64,000 nt of DNA from NCBI RefSeq assembly GCF_964213995.1, contig NW_027590182.1, forward strand, positions 1-64,000. The letters are read 5' to 3'. This stretch comes from Mustelus asterias (taxonomy: Eukaryota). This document shows, in pieces, positions 48,441-61,087 of the stretch. Both the position numbers and the translations under genes were made by a program. The notes beneath the pieces are model-generated. The model had not been told where the DNA came from and did no database searches. It saw only the letters and a list, made by a program, of their open reading frames with translations. Within the stretch, counting starts at the first letter, position 1; every line of letters starts with the position of its first letter.

Positions 48441-48535
48441 TGCTCTAGGTGAGGCTTGAATTCACAACCTCGGCATAGCCCGCTGGCTGCAATGCTGTAT
48501 AAGTACCGTGCGCTAACCGATTGCGCCACTGGAGC
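48441..48535 (-). pseudogene. tRNA-Ile(TAT) intron-containing copy with mutated B box
   Basis: Paralog of 27952-28046; the T-arm reads GAATTCAAG instead of GAGTTCGAG. Confidence 0.75.
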
Positions 48536-49475
48536 ACTGCGTTTTGCTCATTTGTGACAGATTATTAAAGGCTGCAGCAGCGTTACCTCCGTTAATAACA
48601 GTTATTCAAGACCACATTTCAGAAAGGGAAACAAATCCATCGCTGATTTTTTCCCCCGGCTCCACAGTGAGTGAGACAGGGAGAAGCAGCAGGATTTGAC
48701 CTCGCAGTCTCCAATCGCCAGCAGAAAGTGGCGATTGCAGCTTCAGTCAGTGGGTTACTGCCCATTCCTGGGACACAAGGTCCAATTCCGTTCAAACCTC
48801 CCCATAAACCGAACACAAGCTCAGCAAAACGCAAATAGATCATGTCCGGCTCACTGAACCTTCGAGTAGCATTTACACAACACCCGAGTGATTCACAAAC
48901 AAAATTCACACCAACTTTCCAAAACTTTTCATTGAAAAATTCCTCCATTTGGTTGAAAAACCGAGTGTTGTGGATCTGGAAATAAGCACCATGGGATTTG
49001 TGTTACGCAGTGAGTTGTTTCCCATGGTTAGCCCTCAGGTTTGCAATTCCATTTGTGTGACATATTGAAGCGAATCTTGCATCAAAATTAGGAGAAAACA
49101 AGGGAAATATTAAATCTTGGAACAAATCGTGAGGGAAATGGATCAAAATATTTGGAAGGAGGTGCAGCTGAGAATGGTGTTATTGATGATTGAGTGGAAA
49201 GTATTGGATCGCTGGGCTCCCGGTTTTCAGTTCCCTTCCCTCCTGTTGAATTCCTCCCTGTGATAAGAGACATGGATTCATTTTACCTGCGCGTTCATAG
49301 GAGAAAGGGAATAACCAACACACTACAGCAGTGCTGCGGGATCAACGGAACTAAAGAGACTTGTATAGAATTGTAAACAGTGCGGTCATGCTGCAGTTCT
49401 GGAACAGGCTTTGCAGAAATAGAATTGTGGTCATTGACACAGTAGTTTAGAATACATTTAACAGTTGTTACTGCA

Positions 49476-49549
49476 GTCTCTGTGGCACAATTGGTCAGCG
49501 CGTTCGACTGTTAACCGAAAGGTTGCTGGTTCGAGACCACCCAGGGACG
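49476..49549 (+). tRNA. trnN-GUU: tRNA-Asn(GTT), several stem mismatches
   Basis: GTCTCTGTGGCACAATTGGTCAGCGCGTTCGACTGTTAACCGAAAGGTTGCTGGTTCGAGACCACCCAGGGACG; mismatches in the D, anticodon and T stems, so it may be a pseudogene. Confidence 0.6.
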
Positions 49550-50244
49550 GAGTTTTACTATTTTCTCACCATCAGCATTCACAGGCAAACTGTTGCGTGT
49601 TGGCAATGAGTTTGTGGGCGTCAATAAAAATAGTTTTCAATTGTTACCGGCTGTACTGTTTTCTGGTGTTACCAACATTATTCAATGACGATTGACTTCA
49701 AACATATTACATACAACATTATATACATGCTTCCATTATTCCATTAAACTTAAAAATTACAATCGAAACATGGACTTGTGGCTGAGCATTTGTTCCAATT
49801 CCATATCCCTACTTCCATTCATTCCTGGATAGATCATAAATTTGTCGAACCCAGAGTGAAATGTGTTCAATGATGGAGCATCAGAACCCTCTGGCTCGAG
49901 AATTCCGAAGATTCACGAGGCTTTGAGTGAAGCAAATTCTCCTCATCGCACTCCTAAATCATCAGCGCCTGATCCTGAGATTGTGCTCCCGTGTTTTAGA
50001 TTCCTGGATCAGGAAAAAATAATGCCTCAGCTTTTCAGTGGTACCTATTCTTTCTCGTGAAAGCTGTTGAGATTTTCCAGCATTTTCAGTTTTTGATTCA
50101 GATTACAGCATCATCAGATTTTGCTTTTATTCTGTCAATAATAAATCAAATCAAATGAAATCAAATCAGAGTCTAGAGTGCTCACGGTCGCACCACAGAA
50201 TCAGGAACACGGCCGCCAGTTGCAAACATTCGCTCAAGGCATTT

Positions 50245-50316
50245 GGTTTCCTGTTCTAATGGTGAGCACTCTGCACTCTGGATCCAGCGATCCGAACTCC
50301 AATCTCGTCGGAACCT
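50245..50316 (+). pseudogene. tRNA-Gln(CTG) pseudogene
   Basis: ggtttcctgttctaatggtgagcactctgcactctggatccagcgatccgaactccaatctcgtcggaacct. Confidence 0.65.
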
Positions 50317-50524
50317 TGCTTTGCTTTGCTTAAACCGCTGATTGATTTGCTGGGGGATATTTCGTTTAAACTTTTCACAAAGCATGAATCGATAGGACAA
50401 TTTGACAGCAGTTCAACTTCAATTGCTGTGCACATTGCTGAGAAAGTGCGTGTGTATGTGTGTGTGCGTGAGAGAGTGAGACAGCCCTGAGAAAAAGGCC
50501 TGCTGCTCTAAGCCAGCGGCTGTC

Positions 50525-50596
50525 GGTTCCATGGTGAAATGGTCCGCTCTCTGGACTATGAAACAAGGAAACTGGGTTCTGGTCTCGGTGGAGCCA
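50525..50596 (+). pseudogene. tRNA-Gln-derived pseudogene
   Basis: ggttccatggtgaaatggtccgctctctggact...ctcggtggagcca. Confidence 0.55.
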
Positions 50597-50689
50597 CTGT
50601 TCCCATCGTTCTAACTCTTATTTAAAATTGGGACAGATGACTTAGTGAATGATTCAGGTTGGGGGAACTCCTGTCCTCTGTGCATTTTC

Positions 50690-50997
50690 TGGCACACTGG
50701 TTAGCACTGCTGCCTCACAATGTCAGGAATCTTGATTCAATTCTGGCCTTGGGTCACTGTCTGTGTGGAGTTTGCACATTCTCCCCGTGTCTGCGTGTGT
50801 GGAAGGAAGATGAACACCCGGCGCGCAATCCGAAGATGTGCGGGTAGGTTAATTGGCCATAATACATTGCCCATAGTGTCAGAGGGACTATCAGGGTAAG
50901 TATATGAGGTTATGGGGATAGGACCAGGGCGCCATCGTTTTCAGTGCAGGCTCGATGCGCCAAATGGCTTCCTTCTTCACTGCAGAGATTCTATGAT
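50690..50997 (+). mobile_element. HE1-type V-SINE
   Basis: tggcacactggttagcactgctgcctcaca...gggtcactgtctgtgtggagtttgcacattctccccgtgtctgcgtg...gattctatgatt. Confidence 0.82.
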
Positions 50998-51199
50998 TTT
51001 GCCGCTCAGCATTTTGTCTTCTTGAACAATCGTCCTCTGGGGCTGATGCAATGGCGCCAGGAGAATAATTCGTTGCGTCGTCTGCAATGTGATTGTGGTG
51101 GAATTTGCTGAAATTATCTCAGAGTATAAAATTCCATTTTCTGAGAAAATGTTAAGTAAAATGTCCTTCAGCAAACCAATCATCTGCTTTTGCAACGGA

Positions 51200-51273
51200 A
51201 AGGAATTTTTATCCAGATCTGAACTGGGATTACTGCATCCAGAGTCCAGAGTGCTCAGCATTGCACCACAGAA
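51200..51273 (-). pseudogene. tRNA-Gln(CTG) pseudogene
   Basis: Reverse strand gttctgtggtgcaatgctgagcactctggactctggatgcagtaatcccagttcagatct. Confidence 0.6.
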
Positions 51274-51725
51274 CAAGGAGCACAGCCGCCAGTTGCAAAT
51301 GGTCACCCAAGGAATGTGACCTGTTTCATTCAATGTGGCAGCAACAGCAAGTGGGTCAAATGCGTTGAGTGACTATTTGCAGCTGTCTGCTGTGTTCTAG
51401 GTTCTCTGGTCTAATGGTGAGCATCTGAATATAGCGAACAGCGTTTAAATTTAGGCGGATCCTTGCTCTTCTTTGCCATTGGTGAGGATTGATTTGTTGA
51501 AGAACCTTTTGTTTAAATTTCTCACAAAGTAGGAATCAGGAGAGCAATTTGTCAGACAGGTCAGCTGCTGTTACAATGCACATTGCTGAGCTTCTGGCGA
51601 CAGATGCTTACATCAGCAATGTTCTTTTCATTTTTTCGCTACTCTTTAACTCCTCTTTTGAAAGAAAGGAGCGGTTGGTGTCACATAATAACTTTTCGTC
51701 TGGAAAATGGCAATTACTGAGCAAC

Positions 51726-51778
51726 TGTGTGTGTGTGTGTGTGTGTATGTGTGTGTGTGTGTGTGTGTGTGCGTGTGT
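51726..51778. repeat. (GT)n microsatellite
   Basis: GT run directly visible. Confidence 0.9.
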
Positions 51779-52602
51779 TTTGGGAGAAAGGCCTCATGAC
51801 TTAGGTCAGAGTGTTGTCTGTTCCATGGTGTAACACTTATCACTCTAGACTCTCGCCGTCCCACCTCTTGTTTAAATTCGGACAAATGAGTGAGTGAATA
51901 TCACCTTAGGTTGACCCCCTGCAAAATATTTATTGACTTAGTAACATATTTTGAAATGATTAATCCTCATTTTGTTTCATTTCATGTCAACCAAGGTGAC
52001 ACATGCTTGTATCTTATTATTTAAAATCTCAGCCCCTTAACTATTTACACAGGTAAAGTACAGTCGAAACAAACTGATCCGCACTGCACCAAAAGAAAGT
52101 TACTGCAGTTCCTGCAAATCGCACCTCAAAACAGAATATGTTGGCAACACTCAGCAGGTCAAACAGCGTCTATTGAGAAAGAAATAGAGTGTCTGTTTCG
52201 GATCGCTGACCCTTTATCCAAACTGGAAGAGTTTAGAGATTTAATGGTTTACTAACAAATACAAAGTAAAGGGATATACAGAGCGAGAGGAGGAAAGGTC
52301 AAACAACCTTTTTTTGGATGTAAGGCTGAAGTGATTAAATGGCAATCGGGATTATTGTTTCCACTGACACAAGCTCCCAGATCTGGGTTCAAATTTCGCG
52401 CAAAATCAGAAGAAACCTTCTCGCTGAATTAAGCACTAAACACTACGACTTCCTGGGAAGCCAAAGATTACTTTAACTCAGAAAGCAGTAACTGTGGGAT
52501 TAATACAGCGGGATGGAGAAAGACTGAGTTTGAGCGGTGGCACTGCCGGACGAATGGAGAGCTGGAGTTTACCCAGGAAAGGGACAAGTTTTAAAATAAC
52601 AA

Positions 52603-52666
52603 CGCCCAACGTGGGGCTCGACCCTGAGATTAAGAGTCTCATGCTCTACCGCCTGAGCGAGCTGGC
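52603..52666 (-). pseudogene. tRNA-Lys(CTT) pseudogene (T-arm deletion)
   Basis: Reverse strand gccagctcgctcaggcggtagagcatgagactcttaatctcagggtcgagccccacgttgggcg. Confidence 0.8.
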
Positions 52667-53501
52667 ACATGTCGCCGTCACTCCATATCCAAAAATGCGT
52701 GGAGGCAAATAAAGCGTTTCCATCTGGTGTCTCAGCTTGTTCTGATTCCAAAGTTTACAATTAATCAATCTACCGAATCCCTGAGGTGACAATGCATTCC
52801 TCTCAATCATGAATAACTTCATTCACATCTTCCACTTCTTAGCTTCACCTCCTTCCAATCATTGCTAACTCCTCTTACATCATTCACCTTAATATTTTTG
52901 ATCTAAATGCTCCAACCACGTGGGGAAACAGCGTTTCAGTGTGTCCGAAGTCAAACTTTCTCGCCACTTTCAGACTTTTTAAAAATCCATTCACCTCTCA
53001 TTATTCTAATCTGCAGAGAAAACAATCTCATCGCACTGAATCTCTCCTCCCAGCACAGCCACACCATCACATGAATCAATCCAGTGAACCTTGATTGAAC
53101 ACAGACAGCGAGAGAATCGAGGGACCACAAACCAAAAGAGAGAACCGTGATCGATGCACTGACAGAGAGAAAGAGAGTGAAAAGTCTGAGACAGGTATCC
53201 AGCAACAAAAAGAGACAGAGAGGGACAGAGAGTGGGGTAGACAACCAGAACCCAACATACACACAACAGCTGTCTGAATCCTGAAGAATGCAGTCATCTG
53301 AATTGGTGAATAATGATTAAGTGAATGTCTGAAAGCATAGTCACCTTTTGAAAATGTCTTGATTCTTTGAGAGTGTGTTGTGCTGACAGAATCCCTGCAT
53401 TGTCTGTTCAGGTTTTCAAATCATCCCCCATGTAAACCAATCCTGCCACGTGCACTGGAAATAGACTAACAAAATTCTCGTCTTGTCCAATGCGAAACAA
53501 C

Positions 53502-53592
53502 AGCTCAATTGCCCAGGATGTGAATAGGGACCTCACGCAAGCTTGCAGATTTTAGCACCCACAGCGGGAATCATACCGTTAGACCAAAAGAC
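53502..53592 (-). pseudogene. Intron-containing tRNA-Pro pseudogene
   Basis: Reverse strand ttggtctaacggtatgattcccgctgtggg[tgctaaaatctgcaagct]tgcgtgaggtccc. Confidence 0.6.
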
Positions 53593-53866
53593 ATTCGTGG
53601 AAGATGCAAGTCAACTAAATATATTTTCATTGACATCCAAAGCGCATCACACATCTGCACTGAAAGATGATCATGCTGGAAAAATCTCAGGAAGTAATAC
53701 AAAGTGTGCACAGGGAAACAAAGCTCATCTTTCGCCTCCGTGACTTTTCATTAACACTGGGAATCGTTTGAAAGGTAGGAAGTTTAAAAGAAGTGAAATC
53801 CAGCAGGGACAAAACATATCTGAGCTGTTAGAATTCAGCCAAAAGGACCAAAACTTAAATCGAGCC

Positions 53867-53944
53867 TGGCAGCGGTGGAATTTGAACTCTCCACAGAAAC
53901 TGGATGCGTTAATCCACGGCCTTTGACCGCTCAGACACGCTACC
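53867..53944 (-). pseudogene. tRNA-Leu pseudogene
   Basis: Reverse strand ggtagcgtgtctgagcggtcaaaggccgtggattaacgcatccagtttc...gttcaaattccaccgctgcca. Confidence 0.7.
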
Positions 53945-56569
53945 ACAATGATAGATATACTAATCAAGCAATTTACTATATTCTTACTGAAATACATTGG
54001 AAGCAATGGAATTGGGAAAGGCCGTCAGGAACTTGCACCTTCACTGATTCAACTCACCCTGAACTGTTCGAAAAACAGAAATCATCTCCAGTCAGAAACA
54101 CCATAAGCTGCAATAAAGGGCCGGCACGATTTAAACGGTGCTTACCCTCGTCTGCTTCCCAAGCTCCTGACAGAAATGAAAATAAAACTTCCTGTTGAAT
54201 TTGCTCAGGGCCTTCACTTCGGGACACGTGGTGATTTTGTGTGTCAGATGTTCCACCAGGCAATAACTGACATCTGTTTTCACGGTTTGGATGAGAGCAA
54301 TAAATCTTCATTTTCTGACCTGCAGTCAAAACGTCAGCGAAAGTGTCAATCTCTAACCCCCAGGACAGCAGCTTACAATGTGTTTTAGAATTTGCTTTAT
54401 CCACGCTGCATTTGTTATTTTTATTTTATGGGGATAGGGACTGGATGGGATTGTGGTCGGTGGAGACTCGGTGGGCTGAATGGCCTCTTTCTGTGCTGCA
54501 GGGTTTCTAAGATTTCTGGTTCAATACAGTGATGTGTTCAGCCAATAACAGCACACATCTAACACTTCACTGCAGTTAACGCTTTCGCTTCCGACGGTTG
54601 GAAACCAGACGTAAACCTTTCCAAACGCTTTTCATTGCAGAGTGAGGGAAAATTTCATAATTCACTTGCAATGTAATCGGTAAAATCTGACCAATTATAA
54701 TCCAGATTTTATCTTGCATCACCATTTCTATTCTTCGCGCTTGACAGACCATCACTGCCCTTCTCTTTCTCTGTTTGTTCTTGAACTGTTACACGTGTTC
54801 TGATGTAAACTTGAATCCTCACTGAGCAGATTCTAGTAGATCTGCTTTCGATCAAAGAGTAAATCATCTTATTTTAATCGTTTGCTAACAACAATGACGC
54901 TTCTCTTCCTGAGCGAGAATTGAAACCAAATATCACTGGGGGAGTGCTGAACACAAACCACAGGACGACCAGGGTAACCGGTGAACTGAGTTTTCCGACC
55001 TATACCCCATCGCTTATTATTTTCATCCCTGATAGTTTTCATTAGAGACAAGATTCTCCGTCAAAGTGTCCCATTTGGATGGAACATAGATGCTTCCTTC
55101 AGCCAATGAGAGCACCAATTGAGCTCGCTGGGACATGAAATCGACAGGGAGTGAAATCGTCCCACAAGATGCTGAAGTGATCGAGGTATATAAAATTTTA
55201 AAAGGGATTGATAGAATAAACGTAGACCAAATGGTTCTTCTTATTGGGCAATCGAGAACAAGAGATCCCATGTTTATAAAAGCAAAATACTGCGTTTTCT
55301 AGAATCTGAGAAAACAAACCCAGGAAAAGCTGGAAAACCTCAGATGTACTGACACATCTGTGGGGAAAGGATAGAACCAAATTTTCGAGTCTGGATGACA
55401 TTTTGTCAGAGCTACTGTCACATGCATAGGTTGAGAGGCAGTAGATGCATTACTGAGTTGTTGACGAACTACTTATCGCTGACGGTCGTGGATTTGTGGA
55501 ACTTGCTGCCCCATAGCATGGTGGAGTCCGAATCATTAAAAGGTTTCAAGAAAGAGAACAGGTGGGGACGTGGATTTGAGACCAAGGAGAGATCAGCCAG
55601 GAGCAGGCTCGAAGAGCTGAATTTGCCTACTTCTGATCTTATTTCCTCTGGTCTTAAGTGTAATTTTCAATTTTCAAAACCCACAACCACATCAATGTGG
55701 CAGGTGTGCAATCTATGTACAGCACGCCCACAGGTTCCCCTTTATCCACAGCACTTGTGAGTCCTGTAAAGAACTTCGGACTGGCCTCAATCTGTGGTGT
55801 AATCACGTTGTGGTTTTTTGTTTCTCCCATTTAATCTCTCCTGACGTCCACCTCATCAGCTGTTGTTATGTTTCCTCCCTCATGGATATCACTTGATGAA
55901 AACTTCCTACATTTCTAACCATTTCCAGTTTAAATTAAACGTCATGGAGATGATATTTCATCTTTGTTTCCCTGTGTGCACACACGGCCTGACTTCCTGC
56001 GTTTTTTCAGCCCTTTGACCTTGCACAGCAGATGTCTGATCAGTTTTGGATGGCAATGAGAATGTAATGCCTAACCGGCGTTCCTCTCGGTGGCCCGCAG
56101 TACTTGTGGTATAATTCTCCCTTTGAGTAGTAAGATCCACAAAGTTGCAAGACGTCTCGGGTTCAAGTCCGAATTCTTAATTGGCCTGCTCATCCGGCAG
56201 GCCAAGCCATGGATTTGTTAGTTTGTTTTCCGTGCACACGGCAGGATTGGTTTCCATGGGGTTTGGTTTGAGAACCTGAAGACACGCTGCAGGGATTCTA
56301 CCAACATAGCATGCTCAAAAATAAATCAAGACATCTTCAAAAGACGCTTGTGAATATTAATTTTACACCTATTCGTCAATTCAGAGGAACCCATGCTTAT
56401 GGGTTCAGAAGGCTGCTGCGTGTATAGTCTTGATTTGGAGCTGCTGGCGTTGAATTGGTGTGGGCACAGTACGAAGTCTCAGAACATCAGGATAAAGCCA
56501 ACAGTTCTTTTTTCAAAGAAAACAAGTTTTCAGAGCGCTGCGTCTTCATCACCGAAGTGGTATGTATTG

Positions 56570-56885
56570 GGGTGTCACGGTGGCAGGGTGGTTAACATTG
56601 CTGCTTCAGAAACCAGAGACACGCAATTGATTCCCCACAAGGGTAACTGTCTCTTTGAAGTTTGCAAGTTCTCCCCATGTTTGCGTGTGCTATTTCTGGC
56701 CGATCCAGTTCCCTTCCACAGTCAAAAGCTTTGTTGGTTTGGTGCATTGGTCACGTTAAATTGCCCCTTAGAGTCTTGCTCCTGTAAATTCATGGGGTTA
56801 TGTGGATGATGTCTGTGTGGGATTTTGCTCGATGCAGACTCGATTGGCTGAATGGCGTCCTTCTGCACTGCAGCAATTCTATAGT
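56570..56885 (+). mobile_element. HE1-type V-SINE (old)
   Basis: ggggtgtcacggtggcagggtggttaacattgctgc...gtttgcaagttctccccatgtttgcgtg...ccttctgcactgcagcaattctata. Confidence 0.75.
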
Positions 56886-57344
56886 ATTATTCATGGGTTG
56901 TTGATGTCTGGTCTATCTCTCGTTGTCGTTCTATACCAGTATCAGTTTCTTTCAGTCTCTGTCTGTGCATCGATCACCGCTTGCTCTTTGCTCCTTCTAT
57001 TCTCTCGCTGTCTGTGTGCAACCAAGGTCCTCTGGGTTGATTTCTGTTGTGAGGCTGTTCTCCTGGGCGGAGGGATCCAGTTGGATGAGTATGTTCTCTC
57101 TGTAGTTTAGAATGAGAAGTGATCACAATGAAAAGTCTGAAATTGGGAGACAGTTTGACAGTGTACATGCTGTGTGGCTTCACCTGCTGGCTGGAGTATT
57201 TTGAACAAGAATATTAAGTTGAAAGATGTAAGAGGAGTTTGCAATGTTTGGAAGGACATGAATCTAAGACGTGGCAGATGACAATGATGTTAATGATTAT
57301 TGAGAGGAATGAATTGTAGCCTTCGGGAATCTCTAGGTCAATTA

Positions 57345-58150
57345 CAGTCATAGAGATTTACAGCATGGAAACAGGCCGTTCGGCCCAGCTTATCCATGCC
57401 GCTCTTTTTTTAAACCCCTAAACTAGTCCCAATTGCCTGCATTTGGCCCATATCCCTCTATACACATCTTACCCATGTAGCTGTCCAAATGCTTTTCAAA
57501 ATACAAAATTGTACCCGCCTCTACTACTACCTCTGGCAGTTTGTTCCAGACACTCACCACCCTCTATGTGAAAAAAATGGCCCCCTGGATCCTTTTGTAT
57601 CTCTCACCTTAAATCTATGCCCTCGAGTTTTCGACTCCGTTTCCTTTGGGAAAAGATGTTGACTATCTCGCTGATCTGTGCCCCTCATTATTTTATAGAC
57701 CTTTATAAGATCACTCCTCAGCCTTCTACGCTGCAGGAAAAAAAGACTCAGTCTATCCAACCTCTCCTTTATAACTCAACCCATCATGTCCCGGTAGCAT
57801 CCTAGTAAATCTCTTCTACACTCTTTCTAGTTTAATAATATCCTTTCTATAATAGGGTGACTAGAACTGCACACAGTATTTCACGTGTGGCCTTACCAAT
57901 GTCTTATACAACTTCAACAGGACGTCCCAACTCCTGTATTCAATGCTCTGACCAATGAAAGCAAGCATGCTGAGTGCCTTCTTCACCACTCTGTCCACCG
58001 GTAACTCCACTTTCAAGGAGCTATGAACCTGTACCCCTTAGATCTCTTTGTTCCTTAACTCTCCCCAAAGCCCTACCCTTAACTGAGTAAGTACTGCCCT
58101 GGTTCGATCTACCAAAATACATCACCTCGCATTTATCTAAATTAAACTCC
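57345..58150 (-). mobile_element. CR1 LINE 3' fragment
   Basis: RRRLRSDLIKVYKIMRG...KTRGHRFKVR and MEFNLDKCEVMYFGRSN fragments. Confidence 0.85.
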
Positions 58151-58255
58151 ATTTTTTGATTCAGAATAAACTTTGTAATCAGAATGAGCTGATGGGGAAT
58201 AAACACATATTTGTCTCCACAGATTTTGGGATGTGGAATACTAACTATTCAACGT

Positions 58256-58328
58256 TCCTGGCTAGCTCAGTCGGTAGCGCATGAGACTTTTGATTTCAGG
58301 GTCGTGGGTTCGAGCCCCACGTTGAGCT
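58256..58328 (+). pseudogene. tRNA-Lys pseudogene (CTT-type body, TTT anticodon)
   Basis: TCCTGGCTAGCTCAGTCGGTAGCGCATGAGACTTTTGATTTCAGGGTCGTGGGTTCGAGCCCCACGTTGAGCT; acceptor stem mismatched. Confidence 0.75.
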
Positions 58329-59096
58329 CAGCTGTTTTTGAACTTTGCCCCTTCCCTGAGTGAACTCCAATGTTTCCAATCCTCTGGAGGTGTCACCGCT
58401 CAAACTGAGTCTATTTGAATCCCACTTTTTAAAGCTCAACGTTAATGGTTTATGACTGAAAACTGCCTCCAATTCACTGGAAGGCGAGGAGTTTAGTGCA
58501 TAATTCAGCGAGAAGTTTTCTTCTCATTTAGCCTGAGATATGAATCCAGATCTGGGAGATTGCGTCAGTGTAAACATTAATCATCCCCATTGACATTCAA
58601 TCACTCCAGCCTTACATCCTTTCGCAAGACCGTTTGTTCTTTCCTCCTCCCCCTCTCTATTTTCCTTGACTTTGTATTTGTTTGTAAATCATTAAAACAC
58701 TAAATTCTTCCAGTTTGGAGAAACGGTCAGCGACCTGAAACAATCATTCCGTTTCCCTCTCCATAGACGCTGTTTGACCTTTTGAGTATTTCGAACATTT
58801 TCTGTTATGAGGTGGGAGTTGCAGCAACTGCAGTAGGTTGTTTTTGAGTCACAGTACATCAGTTTTCTCTGACTGAACCCTACCTGTTTAAGTAGTTAAA
58901 GGACTGAAGGTTTAAAGAATAAGGCACCAGGATACGTCCTCCTGTTTGACATGAAATGAAACAAAATGAGAGTAAATCATTTCATAAAATATTGCCAATG
59001 CAATATATATTTCATTGTCAAGGCCAGCACTTGTTGGCCATTCCTATTTCCCCTTCAACTGAATATTTTGCTGGGGCATTTCATACCATATTTAGC

Positions 59097-60580
59097 AGGC
59101 ATAGAGTCATAGAATCACAGAGCTTTACAACATGGAAACAGGCTCTTCGGCCCAACATGTCCATGCCACCCTTTTATTTAATGATTAAGCGAGTCCCAAT
59201 TGCCCCCGTTTGGCCCATACCCCTCAATAGCCATCTTATCCATGTAACTGACAAAATTGTACCCTCCTCTACTCCTACCTCTGGCAGCTTGTTCCAGACA
59301 CTCACCATCCTCTGTGTGAAATATATGCCCCTCTGGAACCCTTTGTATCTCTCCCATCTCACTTTAAAACTATGCCCCCTAGTTTTAGACTCCGCTACCT
59401 TTGGAAAAATATATTGACTATCGAGCTGATCTGTGCCCTTCATTCTTTTATAGACCTCTAGAAGATCACCCCTAAGCCTCCTACGCTCCAGAGAAAAAAG
59501 TCAAAGTCTATCCAGCCACTCCTTGTAACTGAAACCATCAAGTCCCGGTAGCATTCTCGCAAATCTTTTCTGCACTGTTTCTAGTTTAATAATGTCCTTT
59601 CTATAATAGCGTGACCGGAACTGTACTCAGTATTCCAAGTGTGGCCTTACTTGTCTTGTACAACTTCAAGAAGACGTCTCAACTCCTGTATTCAATGTTC
59701 CGACCAATGAAACCAAGCATGCCGAATACACACTTCACCACTCTGTCGACATGTGACTCAACATTTGAATGAGATTTACCCTTAGATCTCTTTGTTCCAG
59801 AGCACTCCCCAACGCCCTACCATTAACTGAGTAAGTCCTGCCCTGGTACGATCTACCAAAATGCATCACCTCACACATTTTCTGAAGTAAACTCCATCTA
59901 CCATTCGTCGGGCCAGTGGCACAATTGATCAACATCCCGCTGCAATCCAAGGTAACCTTCTTTTCTGTCCACTAAGTCACCCATCTAGGTGTCATCTGCA
60001 AGCTTACAAACTATGCCTCCTAAATTCTCATCCAAATCATTAATATAAATAACAAATAACAGTGGATCCAACACTGATCCCTGAGACGCATCGCTGATCA
60101 CAGGCCTTCAGTTTGAAAAACAACCTTCTTCAACCACCCTCTGTGTTCTGTCGTCAAGCCAATTTTGTACCTATTTGGTTACCTCACCCTGGATGCCGTG
60201 AGAATGAACCTTATGCAACAACCTAGCATGTGATATCTTGTCAAAGGCCTTGCTAAAGTCCATGTAGTCAACATCAACTGCATTTTCCTCGTGTGCCTTC
60301 TTGGTTACCCCTTCAAAAAACTCCATCAAATTTGTGAGAAATGATTTTCCACTCACAATGCCATGCTGAGTCTCCCTAATCAGTCCTTGCCTCTCTAAAT
60401 GTCTATAGATCCTATCTCTCAGAATGCCTTCTAACAACTAACCCACTACAGATATGAGGCTCATCGGCCTGTAGTTCCCAGGCTGTTCCTTGCAGCCCAT
60501 TTTAAACAAATGCACAACATTTGCATTCCTCCAATCGTTTGGAACCTCACATGTTGCTGTCCATGATTCAAATATCTCTG
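59097..60580 (-). mobile_element. CR1 LINE, degenerate
   Basis: [22 protein letters not shown] and KTRGHSFKVR fragments; same subfamily as 57345-58150. Confidence 0.85.
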
Positions 60581-61040
60581 ATGTGGAGATGCCGGCGTTG
60601 GACTGGGGTAAGAAGTCTCACAACGCCAGGTTAAAGTCCAACAGGTTTATTTGGTAGCAAATACCATAAGCTTTCGGAGCACAGCTCCTTCGTCAGATGG
60701 AGTGGTTATCTGTTCTCAAACAGTGCAAACAGACACAGAAATCAAATTACAGAATACTGATTAGAATGCAAATCTCTACAGCCAGCCAGGTCTTAAATGT
60801 ACAGACAATGTGGGTGGAGGGAGCATTCAACACAGGTTAAAGAGATGTGTATTGTCTCCAGACAGAACAGCTAGTGAAATTCTGCAAGCCCAGGAGGCAA
60901 GCTGTGGGGGTTACTGATAATGTGACATAAATCCAACATCCCAGTTTAGGCCGTCCTCATGTGTGCGGAACTTGGCTATCAGTTTCTGCTCAGCGACTCT
61001 GCGCTGTCGTGTGTCGTGAAGGCCGCCTTGGAGAACGCTT
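60581..61040 (-). mobile_element. Penelope-like element 3' end with hammerhead core
   Basis: Reverse strand CTGACGA-A-GGAGC(tgt)GCTCC-GAAAGCTT (60696-60668), followed by ccaaataaacctgttggactttaacctgg...ccagtccaacgccggcatctccacat; same family as 40865-40990. Confidence 0.75.
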
Positions 61041-61087
61041 ATTTGGTAGCAACGGGCATTCAGCCTTGGATCTTCAGGTAAGAGTTG

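Larger units (their letters stand above)
32690..50140 (+). repeat. tRNA-cluster segmental duplication, copy B
   Basis: Collinear with 14235-29650 (see anchors there), with copy-specific insertions such as the CR1 at 46764-48430. Confidence 0.9.
51000..53815 (+). repeat. Partial third direct copy of the tRNA-cluster unit
   Basis: Collinear with ~18890-21360 and ~36150-38360 (Gln remnants, GT repeat, Lys and Pro pseudogenes). Confidence 0.8.
53860..59010 (-). repeat. Inverted copy of part of the tRNA-cluster unit
   Basis: Reverse complement aligns with ~23270 back to ~19680 of copy A (Leu, Glu-like and Pro pseudogenes plus spacers); the Lys region aligns with copy B ~37600-36590. Confidence 0.8.
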
